DNA of 59,521 nt from Rhizaria sp. SCN 62-66 (lineage: Eukaryota). Of this stretch, positions 20,801 to 31,889 are shown piece by piece. A program made the position numbers and the translations under genes. Each line of letters opens with the position of its first letter. Positions within the stretch are counted from its first letter, which is position 1. The stretch is taken from assembly GCA_001724265.1 (NCBI GenBank), contig MEDY01000160.1, positions 1 through 59,521 on the forward strand. Reading direction: 5' to 3'. The notes under the pieces are model-generated. The model did not search any database. It was not told where the DNA came from and saw nothing but the letters and a program-made list of their open reading frames with translations.

Positions 20801-22924
20801 GGGGACGGCGGCGGCGGGGGCGGGAGGGGCAGTCCTGGCCGCGGCGCGGGGCGCGGGGATGACGGTGTGGGCTCTGCGGCGACGGGGTATTATAACAACA
20901 ACAGCTATACTGCCAACAGCAGTCGGTTTGGGGCGAATGTGCGGGGGGAGCTGGCCGCCAGTGTGCTCGACTACAGCGGCGACCGCCACCGCGACCGTGA
21001 GCGTGCTGCGAGTGACCGTGAGCGGAGTGACCGTGGCCGTCCCACAAACACGAGCACAACCACGCACACAACCACGCACGCCGGCAGCTCCCCCAGGAGC
21101 AGTGGTAGCAATGCTAATAGTGGTAAGATCGCTGCAAATGCTTGTAGCGAGGCTGTGTTCGTCTCCCCCGCCGCCCCCGCGTCCCCCGCCTCCCCCGCCA
21201 CAATCACTGTGCGGAGCAGGAGCAGCAGGAGCACAGTTGTCTCCCACGCACCCTCCGCCGCCACGACCGCTGTTGCGACGGCCGCGGTGTCGCCCGTCGC
21301 AACCCGCTCGCAGCAGCAGCAGCCGCCGCAGCCGCACGGCGACAGACCCGTCGTGCTGTCCTTCCTCCCGGCCCACGGCAGCGGCGGCAGCGGCGGCAGC
21401 GGCGGCTCGCAGCCGGGCCTGGCCGTGCGCTCCCGCCGCGACCGCAGCAACAACAGCAGCGGCAACGGCAACAGCAACAGCTCGAGTCCCAGCGCTCTCC
21501 GTGTGCCTGCGACTGTGACTCTGAGCAACAGCAGCAAGGGCGGCAAAATGGGGCGCAACGATGACTACGTCGACCACGGCGATAATAAAGCCGACGACGC
21601 CGCCAGAGTCAGCGGCAGTGCCGCCGGTGGTGGCGGGGGGGTCGGACTGAGACTGCTGCTGTCGCCCACAGTCTCGCGATCGCACAGCCTTCATTCCAGT
21701 CCTGCCCACGGTCAGTCCGGCTCTGCCCACGGTCACCTCGCGCCCAGCCCCCGCTCTCGCACCGCCGCTCCACCCCACAGCAACAACACCAACGACAGCG
21801 GCGGCGGCGGCAGTGGCAGTGGCGGCGGCTGGAGTCCCGGGCGCGTGGGCTCAGGCGCCGGCGCGGGCGTGGCCGTGTCCCCCTTCGCCAGCGCCAACCT
21901 GGCGCAGCTGCTGGGCCCCAACGCGCGCGCGCTGTCACCCAGCGACGGGGCGGCCCTCGGCGCGCGCGCGCAGTCGCCGCCGCGCAGCGTGAACACCGGC
22001 ACTGCCACGGCTGGGAATGCCGCGGCCGCAAGCGCTGCTGCGCTGTCACGGTCTGCGTCGTCGTCCTCGTCCTCGTCGTCCTCGTCGTCGTCGCATGCAG
22101 GCCAGTCGGCTGCGGCGGCGTTCGACAGCGGTCGCGCGTGGTCCAGCTCCACCCCCCGATCCAGCCCCCGCTCTCGCTCTAGCGCCAGCTTGAGCGCCAG
22201 CTCTAGTGCTGTTGCTGCCCCTAGTATGGGTGCCACAGTAATGGGCGACAAAGCGAGCCGCACGGCCGCTGCTGCGCTGCGCTCGAGCCCCCGCACTCGC
22301 TTCAACCCAGCGGCCTTGGGCTCCAGCTCGGGCTCTGTCGCTGGCGCTGCGAATGCGGCTGCAAATACGGCTGTGGCGACTGGGTCGTCACCAGGTGCAG
22401 AGACTGAAACAGCTGATGGTGCTGACGCGTGTGTTGGAGTCGCCGGGAACGGGAGGACTAGCCGCTCCCCGAGCCGCGGCAAGACTGCTGTTAACGCAGC
22501 AACAACAACAACGACGACGACAAAGACGACGCCGACGACGAAGACAGCAACAGCTGTTGCGGCGGCTGCGGCTCCGAAAGCAAGCAGTGCCTGCGGCACT
22601 CTGAAGCTGGGCGGGCCGCTGGGCGCACTGGGAGTCACCAGGGTTGCTCGCGATGGCAGCACAATCAGCCCCAAAGCGAGCGGTGTCGCTCCGGACGTGA
22701 ACAGCAAAGCAGCAGGCAAGGCCGTCGCGGGCGGTGAGGACGGCAAAGACAGCAAGGACAGCAGCACGAGCGGCGGCGGCGGCGGCGGAGGTGTGGACGC
22801 CAAGAGCGGCGGCGGCGGCGCCGGTGGGTCCGGGCCGGGTCCTGCCGCCCGCTCGCGTCCCAAGGCCAACGCGATTGGCAATACCAGGATGGAGAGCTCT
22901 CGTGGGGCATCCAACAACACATAA
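17837..22924 (+). CDS. Large low-complexity protein (about 1695 aa) containing a split RHL1-like domain (plant topoisomerase VI accessory subunit)
   Basis: Uninterrupted 5.1-kb ORF, stop TAA. Ordered blocks RRLFVLPGRLA, EDAASDTPRVVFCFP, GILVFQGVAVPTDGPFVTLTP and CDDVVVFPLYWW parallel, in order, my recollection of RHL1 motifs (RYLFSFPGLLAP, KNPVLYLDFP, GRMKLFGTIVYPKNRYLTLQF, FDNMIVFSDAWW). The gene is well supported; the family call is from memory. Confidence 0.6.
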   Translation: MSHHPARPKRPFDATAEAITTDAANDDASSAATASSDAVMTANVATVTNSGSASDDEYAHNRDNRGSPAAAARARRPRKATAAANAGAAGAAQSFLSTITLPALATPSTASTVPQPAALRSAPAASRPAAPAGAAVLLRRLDSATATAAITAAAEAAAAAEAAALAAALETTEAASAAASATAAAMPAVSGRPPAVVVRKALPSFLPLRPTQKQPPVTVQARNVAGSSSSSSSSSSSSIAPTAATSPTVTLPRPRPLPPPPPPQTSSRSSSDSSSSSSSSSRSRSGARSDSASTSASASDSGSAVSATGAAATATAITDAAVLARQNPRSRLTTTTTTTTAATPVATTGPSAKAAYAPQSSATTATSTPAAETKSATIISQAPNSKVKPDSRSQSLSSQSPGSQPLPQPLAPEAAAARAALRARLLTMADGAGLLRGARDPVPRPLFTPGPLVRAGPATWSTALAHSNVNTNGIGYATNWASSSSGGASGAVGGAAGKVAANNSAMKVSATNSMYANAVGGTPRGSANNLSISSSNPLSTNLSSSPGLSAASAHPNAAHVPAGSGAGSAVSDSANAAADWDWAGLSTDASPGYALTATAPVGVGARRRLFVLPGRLAGPPRPGLSSAWVEDAASDTPRVVFCFPVPAKGKGRGGDSGGSSKSQSKSKRDRRDSKAKDKANLTPNSKAKGVKMGDDSDSGSGSELELSQSLHRDCDRGNSDDDDDDDTNLNPSRRRHRSRVSTPNSKSKPLDKPARNAARDTDTDTDSDSDDGSGSGGGDAASGALGVGILVFQGVAVPTDGPFVTLTPKQPNFNSSSSNSGGNSASSRYDAGSPNATAGTGAGAGGTGDGGFWVRACDDVVVFPLYWWRVLPPLDDDDGGGGGGEVSASSSTSGENKAVAMMIAQSRELYKPFLPAQPGAADADATSQGSDWRRFGSGPEPPLAGGRGLPSHVHSREPWAGLVQRHAAAAAAAATAATVAAAAGAGLGGDGGGGGGRGSPGRGAGRGDDGVGSAATGYYNNNSYTANSSRFGANVRGELAASVLDYSGDRHRDRERAASDRERSDRGRPTNTSTTTHTTTHAGSSPRSSGSNANSGKIAANACSEAVFVSPAAPASPASPATITVRSRSSRSTVVSHAPSAATTAVATAAVSPVATRSQQQQPPQPHGDRPVVLSFLPAHGSGGSGGSGGSQPGLAVRSRRDRSNNSSGNGNSNSSSPSALRVPATVTLSNSSKGGKMGRNDDYVDHGDNKADDAARVSGSAAGGGGGVGLRLLLSPTVSRSHSLHSSPAHGQSGSAHGHLAPSPRSRTAAPPHSNNTNDSGGGGSGSGGGWSPGRVGSGAGAGVAVSPFASANLAQLLGPNARALSPSDGAALGARAQSPPRSVNTGTATAGNAAAASAAALSRSASSSSSSSSSSSSHAGQSAAAAFDSGRAWSSSTPRSSPRSRSSASLSASSSAVAAPSMGATVMGDKASRTAAAALRSSPRTRFNPAALGSSSGSVAGAANAAANTAVATGSSPGAETETADGADACVGVAGNGRTSRSPSRGKTAVNAATTTTTTTKTTPTTKTATAVAAAAAPKASSACGTLKLGGPLGALGVTRVARDGSTISPKASGVAPDVNSKAAGKAVAGGEDGKDSKDSSTSGGGGGGGVDAKSGGGGAGGSGPGPAARSRPKANAIGNTRMESSRGASNNT

Positions 22925-23529
22925 GGGGTTCTGTCTGGAAGTCATATCAGATTATAAATGCGCCGTATCTTCGGCGGAATATGTGCAGAATACATAGTAT
23001 ATCCAGGTTTTTTATCTGACCATGATGGTGATGTTAAGCTTACCGATTACTACTTATTTATGGTCAGGAATAGTGTTTCGAGACCTGGTGATCAAAAAAT
23101 TATGGCAGTTAAAAATTATGACAATGTGCGGGTGAATATACGTCCATACGAGGCAAATTTAAATTATCGCGTGAGTAGTCACAAGCGTAGATTTTGCAGA
23201 AAGAGAGAAAAAACAAGGGATGTGTGTGGATTATGATTTGCCGCGTTTAAATTGGTTCAAATCGACATAACAACAATTAAAGAAACAGATTTCACCGAAG
23301 CTAATAAGTCTGAAAATGTTGTATAAGGATCCAAGTATAGCTTGATATAAATCCAAGCAGAAACAGTTCCTTAGTACAATGTACTATCTAGAGTCAGGAC
23401 ACATGAAGAGTCCACTAGCAACACGTCACAGCCGCCTTACGCATCCAAATCTCGATCAAACCTATTCAATAAAACTTATTTATAAGACTATATACACGCA
23501 GTACAGCAAAATGCGCATTAATAAAACCC

Positions 23530-25722
23530 TCACAGACTCTCCTTCACCTCATCATCATCATTCTCATCCCCCTCAGTCTTCGCAGCCGCGGCGTTCATCT
23601 GCACCATAACATTCCCAGGCAGACTGTTTCTGCGCGTCACGACTTCCTCAGCCAGCACGCGCAAGTGCTCCTGCGCCGCCGCCAGCAGCCCGCGCGCCTC
23701 GCCCATGACGCGGCCCTCGCGCGCGGTCGCCGCGGCAAGCCAGCGCCGCGTCTCGCCCCGCTCCGCCTCTGCGCGCGCCGCGAAGGACCGTCCTTGCACC
23801 ACGAGCGCCACTGCGCGGTCCGACTCGGCGGCCGCCAGCACGCGCTGCAGCTCGGCGACCTTGGACTGTGAGACGGCGAGCGCGGCCTCGAGCTGCTGCA
23901 CGCGGCAGATGGCGCGCGCGCGCTCGAGCTCGGCGCGGGTGCGCGCCGCAGCCACCAAAGCGCTGCCAGACAGCGCCGACGCCGAGGCCGACGGTGAGGT
24001 CGACTTAGAGCTCGCAGTACTAGTGGTGTCATTGCTATTGTTGTAAGGAGGAGTGATGTTGCAGAGGAGAGCGACGCGGTCGGCCGCCGTCGTTAGCGTC
24101 TCGTTCAACCGCGAGAACCGCTCACTCGTGCTCACAGATACGCTCCCGTTCGCACTAGCACTCTCGTTATTAATGACGCGGTCTTCGTGCGCGATCTCGT
24201 ACAGCTTGTTCATGAGCTCGGACCGGCGGAGCGCCTCCCTGAGTTCGCGCGCCTCGCGCCGCAGCCGGCCCGCCTCGGCCGCCTCGGCCGCCGAAACGCG
24301 CGCCGCGAGCCGCGCCTCGGTGAGCGAGCGCTCGAGGTGGCCCGCGCGGTTCAGCGCCAGAACGTGCTGACCGTGGAGCGCAGAGTACGCTTGGCGCGTC
24401 GCACGGAGCACCTTGGTCGGCGAGGCAGGGTTAGACCCGCTCTCGGTCGCGGCAGAAGCAACGGCAGCAGCAGAGGAGTGAGCGCCATCATTGCTCGTGT
24501 TATTGATGTTGTTGTTCATGGAGTTGTGGAGATTGTTGATGCGGCTAAAGTCGGCATCGGGCGTCTCGCCAACCAGCCCCGCAAGCGCACTCGCACGTAC
24601 GCTTCCGCCTGCGCTGTAAGTCGCAGTGTTGGCCAAAGCGGCGGCCTCGACCGCGGAGCGAGCGGCCTGCGTCAGAACACCGCGGCCCACAGTGCGCGCC
24701 AGCGCCGCGGCGGCCGGGGGCAGCAGCGCCACCGACGCGGTCGTCTCGACCCCGTACGCAGCGGCGATGTCGCCTGTGCTCGTCGACGGAAGTGAGGGCA
24801 GAATGGCCGCGTTCAGCAGCGAAACCTCCTTCTCGTCCTCGCCGCCGGAGCCGCTGGCCGTGGCCGCGGCGGCGGCGGGCAGCGCAGCGGTGTCCGCGTC
24901 GGCGGTGTAGCCGGGCCGCGCCATATGCGCCAGCTGGACCGAGCCCTAGTGCCAGGCGCCGCGCCAGGAGTCCTCGAGCGCGGCGGCGGCGCGGGGGAAA
25001 GTCGAGGCTGCGAAGGACACGGCGGCAGCGACGGCGGGACTGAGCTGGGCGGCGATCGCGGCGGCGGCGTCCATGTCGAAGTCATTATCCCCATCGCTAA
25101 CGACGACAGTGCCTTCCTTTGATTTCGCGCCTGACTTAACCTTTAATGCAGAACTGGGGGAGGTCTTTGCTGCTGCTGCTGCGGCGGCAGAGGGGCTGTT
25201 GTTGGCAAGGCGAGAGCGTTTCTGAGGCGACACAACAGCCACGCCTTCCGTCGTGTCAATATCAGTCACATCGGAAGATATACTAGCAGCTGTCACAGTT
25301 GCAGTCGCACGCTTGTTGTTGCCAGTGCTGGCAGCGGCGGTAGCCGAGTCAGTGTCAGCGGCAGTCCTGGCGGCCACAGCGGCCCGCTCGGGCTTCACGG
25401 GACCCACCAGCGGCTTAGACCCAGCAGCAGGGGCGGCAGCAGCGGCAGCAGCGGCAGCAGCGGCAGCAGCGGCCTTGACGGCGCTCGTGGGGTGGGGCTT
25501 AACGGCACCCGCGGCCGCTGCGGAAGGCTTCACGGGGGTGCTGTTGGGCGCGAGAACGGCGAAAGGGGTTGGCTTACTCGCGGCGGACGCGGTGGCGGGC
25601 TTCTTCAGTGTGTTATTGCCGTTGGCCGGCTTGGCTGGGGTGCGGGTGACGGTGTTTTCGACCAGGACAGGGGCCGGGCCCGGGAAAGGGGCGCGCTCGG
25701 AGCGGCGAGCGTTTTGGCTCAT
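23530..25722 (-). CDS. Hypothetical Ala-rich protein with C-terminal coiled coils (about 730 aa), continuous frame with one in-frame TAG at 24948-24946
   Basis: ORF-track entries 24946..25797 and 23530..24924 are in the same frame: ...TGG CAC TAG GGC TCG GTC CAG CTG GCG CAT ATG GCG CGG.... Composition is GC-rich and coding-like on both sides, with no AT-rich intron or spacer. Heptad-like segments LERSLTEARL..ELREALRRSELMNKLYEI and RVQQLEAALAVSQSKVAELQRVL. Stop TGA. Confidence 0.65.
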
Positions 25723-26848
25723 CCTGTACAGGCGCGGCAAGGCGGCGCAAGGCTGATCGGAGTTGCGTTGTGCTGTGGGAACGTGTGAAGAGAGCAACAG
25801 TGGATGAAAGTGGACGCTGAGATCTGTTGGAACAGAGCAAACATGGCGCGAAAAGAAAGAGTTGAGGTGTGTGAGATAAAACCAAGTTCTTAAGAGATAA
25901 TAACATAGTTATCGCTAAATTTACGTCGCTTAAAGTGTAAATAAAATGTTTAAACTTGGTTACAAAAGGGAATAGAGGAGAAACACGTTGGGTGAAAAGA
26001 GGCGAAGATGGCGAAGGCTTCTTTCGCGCCACTGTTGCAAGTGCTAGAAATACACCTGCATATCAATCGTGCATCGTCATATAAAAAAGAAAAAAGAAAA
26101 TAAGACCTCACAAAATTATTAAATCACGCAATAACATTCTCTCCTGCAGCCGAATACCGCGAGAACGCCTTGATCTAAGACTCAACTCGGTCAATTTCAA
26201 AAAGAGCGGGAATGGGGGCGGAGCGCGGGCGGCAAACACAACATACGCGCGCGAAACCTGACTTTTCAAGTGCAATTTTTGTTATCCCTTTATAAATTCA
26301 AATAAAATGTGTATTATTACATTTGCAACGCTATAATTCAAACAGTGAAAGCAATATTATTTCTAAAGGTTTTCGTTTTACAGAGATATATCTTGCCGCA
26401 TGACGCAACATCGCAAATCTTCGCCGTAACAGCGCGAAGAGGAGGACTCGACCACTCTGAACGAGTTGTCACAAGCGCTAAATGTAGTTTCTTCGGGATA
26501 TAATGTGGTTGTTTTATATTATATCTCGACCTCACGTTGATCTTCAAATATCTAACGCGCATAAAAATCTCAAAGTGACAATAGCACAACTGTGCTCATT
26601 CGAATGAGTTAACCAAAGAATACGTCCAAAGTTGTCGTAAGTAGCACAACAACAGCCTCAATTGTCATCATAATACAGTCACACAGTCACAGTCACACTG
26701 CAACCTGTAACGAAACGTCACCGCCACCGCAGCAACAAAGAGCTCTCATATACAGTTCGTATAGCAGACATTATAATCCGCATAAAGCTTAAGTACATGG
26801 ACATGTACTCGTAAATAAGCTTATTCCTCTCTGTTTGTTGCTTGGGCT

Positions 26849-28582
26849 TTAGGTGCTGGTGACCTTGTGGATGGCAGCGGCGAGCGCCCCGACATTTTTG
26901 CTCGTGATGCCGGTCATTGCCGTGCGCCCGTTGGCGGTCATGTACACGTGGTACTCCTCCCGCAGCCGGTCTACGTGCGCCTTGGTCAGCCCGGTGTAGG
27001 CAAACATGCCGCGCTGCTTCGTAATGTGGCTCCAGTCGAGCTTGGACCCCGAGGCCTGGAGCTCGGCCACCAGCTTCCCGCGGATGCTCACCAGCCGGTC
27101 CGCGATCTGCTTCACCTCGCCGCGCCACTGCTGCGTCAGCGCCGCGTCCTCCAGCACGGTGCGCACGATGCGCGCGCCGTGGATCGGCGGGGAGCTGTAC
27201 TCGCCGCGGGCAGTGATCTTAAGCTGCGAAAGCACACGCGCCCGCTCGGCCGGGTCCGCGCAGACCACGGCCAGGTTGCCGATGCGGTGGCCGTAGAGGC
27301 CGAAGTTCTTGGCGAACGACTGGCAGACAGCCATGAGGTGGCCGTCGGCGACAAACTTGCGGATCGCGAAGGCGTCCTTGTCGAGGTCGCCCGTTGCAAA
27401 GCCCTAGAGTGAGAAGTGTAAGAAATGTACGTAAGAACAAGGAGGAAGTTAGCAACCAACGTCATACAAGTGGAAATAATATATTATTTGGCGAAAATAT
27501 GACAGTGAACAATGATAATATGCCATATGAAATTAAAAACTGGATTATATCAATAATTAATGCGATTATCCCTCTACTTTGTTGTTTTGTGAAACAGTAC
27601 AAGTATAAACATAACGACATAACGACGTACCTGGTAGGCGTTGTCGAAGATGGGGAGGTGGCCCATGCCCTTGATGACCTCGGAGAGCTCGGCCCACTGC
27701 TCCTCGCTGGGGTCCACGCCCGTGGGGTTGTGGGCAACGGCGTGGAGCACCACCGCGGAGCCCTTTGGTGCGGCCTTGAGGTCCGCGACCATGCCGGCCA
27801 GGTCGAAGCCTTTGGTCGCGGGGTCCCAGTAGCGGTACGACGCCGTGGCGTGGCCCGCGGACTGAAAGATCGTGAAGTGGTTGCCCCACGTCTCCTTGGG
27901 GATCAGCACGGGCAGCTTCTTCCCCGCGGGCGGGAACGCGTGGAGGAAGTCGGCCAGAGTGCGGAGCGCGCCGGTGCCCGAGAGCGACTGCAAGGCCGCC
28001 ACGCGCGAGTCGGCGCTCGCCACCGCGGGGGGCGCGCCGGCCGCCGCGGCGGGCTTGGCGCCGCCGAGGAGCGGGGAGTCGGCCCCGAAGGCGAGCTTGG
28101 TGGCCTGGTGCGTGAAGCGCGGGCAGCCGTCGATGGGCGAGTACTCCATATCGAGCCCGGCGGCGACGACGCGGCGCTCGGCCTCGCGGACCGAGGGCAG
28201 CACCCAGGGCTGCGCCTCGTCCGTGCGGTAGGCGCCCATGCCGGCGTTAATCTTGGACGGGGACGGGTCGGCCTGAGGGCATGGGAGAGAACAAACAGAG
28301 ATTGAACAAGGGTTAGAGATGGCGAAGGCGATGCAGATGATGACGTAAGAGAAATCTAGGGACGGGGATTGAAGCGGGGGCTTTAGGCGGAAAAAGATTA
28401 TAATGCGGTAAAAATAGGACAACAGGGAGTTGTACCTTGTAAGCCTCGTTAAGACCGAGGATAGGGTCGCTGGGACCCATCTCGACGCCGCTCCAGAAGG
28501 CGCGGGAGGAGACGGCGGAAATAGCCTTGTTCGTGCCTGAGAACAAGGAGAAAACACGCTTCGATGCCTTAGAAGCAAGCAT
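26849..28582 (-). CDS. GOT2: Aspartate aminotransferase, probably mitochondrial, complement(join(26849..27403,27631..28272,28436..28582)), about 447 aa
   Basis: VEMGPSDPILGLNEAYK|ADPSPSKINAGMGAYR, QSLSGTGALR, HAVAHNPTGVDP, FDNAYQ|GFATGDLDKDA, PLP-lysine motif SFAKNFGLYGHRIG, WSHITKQRGMF. N-terminus MLASKASKRVFSLFSGTNKAISAVSSRAF is basic, Ser-rich and acid-free (presequence-like). Two phase-0 introns. Stop TAA. Confidence 0.95.
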
Positions 28583-30214
28583 AATCTGCATAGTTGTAAT
28601 AAAAATATCATAAATCGTTTGTGAAATATCATGAAAGTTTAATGGTTTCGCTGTTAATCCCTTGTTGGTAGAGAAATAAAGACAGATATGAGAAGGTGGG
28701 GGAGGGCAAGATGCATCAATTTGAAAAATGCTACGAAGCAATATTCTGCCTGCATACAATCGTCTGTGAAACGTAACAAATAGCGACCAAGTAAAAAGGT
28801 AACGGATCTTCTTGATACAAGAACTTAAATCCGGATACACGTACTAGTACTGCAGAAAAGTCTTCTTCTCTAAGCTGGCTTGCCAACTAGACCTCACCCT
28901 CAATTTCAGCCACATGGTTAAAATGCACTTGTGGTCAGTCAATAGTTCCTTCGATATCTTGGTGAAACAAAAGTGAATGGTACTGAAACTGCAATACACT
29001 ATTTAGTAAATGCTATTAAATTGACACTGTTAATGCTGAATCTGTCTGCAATCATTACGCTGTGTGTATACCTGGAAGATGCCAATGTTACGCAACTTGA
29101 AACAAGCCACGCCGACACTTCTCCACCTCAAATCCTCATCTTCTTCATCACTCGGAGCCCTCTCTTTATCAGTGAAATGCATTTCAGGCGTCATCAACTG
29201 CACTAGCAGAATCAGCAACATCGCACCAGCGTTGTTCTTTCTGGATGTGCATTGTATTAATACGAATGTTCGCACTTGAATGTCTTGAGCTGACGCTTGG
29301 TCCGTGCTTCAAGACGACAATTATGGATGTATACTCTAGTTTTCACTTTAATCCTCTGTACATCCTCCCTCGTTTTCGTCTTTTATTAGTAAATATTGAT
29401 TTGTTTGGCTTGGAAAAATTCCACGGTGAGAGGATTGTGAGGACATAAAATTGTTTATTTTTTTATTTTTGCTGCTGACTAATTTGTATGCAAAACTTTT
29501 CCCGCAAAACTCTTTTTTTCACAACACTTTTTAACTTTTGACAAGATATATCACATATTACAAATTAAAAAACTATACTAAAATACTTAAAAAATTGTGC
29601 TTAATTTGAATCTAAAGTTATTACTTTATGAGAATGGAATTATTTACTGTGAATCGTTAAAAGAGAGAAATTTTCTATTGTAGTCACGGTGGACTCGCCG
29701 TGTTTTCCCCGTCAATCTCAACAACAACGTTGTTTGTCTCTGCTGTGCTGCGCATGGGGCCAATTTACAGTCCAAAGGCGGCGTTTGGGGCATACACCCA
29801 AACCCGCATTATTACTTTTACTCGATCTATCTCGCAATTGGAGGGCTCGTAGACAAGTAAGGACAACGAACAACTCACATAGAATACGATGATATAAAAC
29901 AAATACGTATACAGAGTCAAAACACATCTCTAACCACGAATATACAAACAAAACTATCTAAATCTTTTTACCTAAGTGCCCAGTTTGCTGACAAAGGAGT
30001 CACGCAAGCAAAGAGCGTAACAAGTACGAACAATGAGTCATCACCAAATCATCTCAAAACAGCGCAAAACGTCTCAAAGCCCAAAAAAACGCAAACGACT
30101 ACACTAATCACAACAACTCTACTACCAAAATAAAATATTTTCAGCAGCCTACGTGATGATTATGCATATTCGCATGTTTTGTGGCTTTGTCTCTTCACAC
30201 ATCATCGTGCTTGC

Positions 30215-30985
30215 TTACGCGTGGGGCGCAAACTGTGAGTTGAGCGGGATGGTCTTCTCCTTGTACTTGCGCTGGATGTAGGAAAACGCGACGTTGCATT
30301 CGCGCGGGTCCTTAGCGAGCTCGTCGCAGAGCTGGATGTAGTCGCCCTCGCTGATGGTCACCATGGCCAACAGCACGCGGTTGCGGAAGCGCTGCTCATC
30401 GAGCTGCGCGCGCACGCGGGCCAGCTCCAGCTCGGCGTCCTTAAGGCGCGCGTTCAGCTCGGCGGCTTGCAGCGCGACGTCGGAGCCGCCGGCCTGGGCG
30501 ACGAGCGTGCGCTGCTGGTTTGCCACCGTGGTCTCGAGGGCGGCATTGTGGCGCTGCGCGTCGGCGAGCATCATCTGCAGTTGCTGCAGCTGCTGCGTCT
30601 GCGCCGGGGACGCGGCCGCAGCGGGGGAGGCGGCAATCGCGGCAACGGGGGCGGCCGAGGGGGTCATGGCGGGAACGGGACGCGTCGCGGCGACCTGGAG
30701 GAGAGCGAAGTATGGGTGAAACAGGGGGACAGGGAATCAAGGAACAGAAGTGAGTTTCATTGCACAAGGAAGGGAAGACGTCGGACAACAGCGGTGTAGA
30801 AATATTGAAAGGAAGCCAAGGTAGCCTAGTAAGTAGCGTTGGTGTTCGTTTGCGTTACAACGTACGAGAACCCACTGGCCAGCCTGGTCCATTTGGAACT
30901 GGTAGCCGTTCAAGTTGAGGGAGGGACAGGGAAGTTCTTTGGGCACCTGCACAATGCCCATCTTGGGACGCCCGAAGAAGCTCAT
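30215..30985 (-). CDS. Chibby-like small coiled-coil protein, complement(join(30215..30694,30866..30985)), about 199 aa
   Basis: Phase-0 intron GTACGT...CCAG. MSFFG start, PSLNLNGYQFQMDQAGQWV and the C-terminal coil ..RFRNRVLLAMVTISEGD..ELAK resemble Chibby (MPFFG.., PTMNLAGQSLKFENGQWI, LKVDILLDMLSESTAE), recalled from memory. Stop TAA. Confidence 0.6.
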
Positions 30986-31889
30986 GGACTAAAGTAAGCG
31001 TACAAACAAAGCATGGAAAAAGAGAAAAGCGTGGAGAAAGTGAGGGTTTGAGGAGTGGGAAAGTGGGGAGCGGGGCGGAAGGGGGCGGCAGGCGGTGGCA
31101 GTGTGGCAAGGGAAAGAGGGGGCGCTAACGGCTCTTGACTTTCGGGTAATAGAAAGCGCAAGGCGGGATAAGGAATGATGGTAGAATTTTCAGATGCAAG
31201 GGTAACATAAGTATACCCGAAACTCGCCGATTGACGGATGAAGCACGTCTATTCAACCTGTTTTAGTTCGGGCCCAACTCTGACTGAGAGTTGTGTCGTC
31301 GAAACGCTCACGGTCACCCCAGCGGCCTTGCTTTAGACTGTCGATCAAATTTTGACCGACCGCCGACCGAGACTGACTGACCGAGCTCTTGGTGGGCTGC
31401 AGCCTCGAGCCTACGACGTTTTGCACTGGGAACGAATCTATCATTTTCTCCGTCATTCTTTCGCCTGGGGCGTTGTAACGGGGTGTATTCGTTGTTTAGA
31501 GCAGAGTGTGTTTTGTGTTTGTGTTGATCAGTCCGCTGGGTGGTTTCTTTGCGTCGATTTAACTGGCGATTCCAAGCCCTGCCTCCACCCCCCACACTCG
31601 TTAACTCAAACGTCTCAATGCTCCGCGCTCCCGACGTCCCCACGATCTCCCCCGCTCTGCTCTGTCACAATCTACTTCTACGCGCTTGTCTCATATCCGA
31701 ATTACAACGCAAGACTCTCTATTAGCTCTTCCGCGGCCCGTTCTATCCCCCGCAGAAAGATCTTTCTTCATTCATATCCTAGCTTGAGCCGCCTTGCTTC
31801 TTCTTTTCCTTTCTCTCTTGCCTCTCTCTCACTCTTCCTGCTGCCCATTTGCCGTTGTTCCTTGCTTACCGCAGACAGTTTCGCCCGCC

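Noticed and set aside
28583-28920. In-frame TAG at 28846-28844 upstream of GOT2 that would extend its first exon
   Set aside because: AT-rich sequence without coding bias; a presequence-like N-terminus starts at 28582. Not counted as a third TAG case.
28973-29448. Short overlapping ORFs with an acidic patch (SDEEDEDL)
   Set aside because: All frames are broken by TAA/TGA; no recognisable homology.
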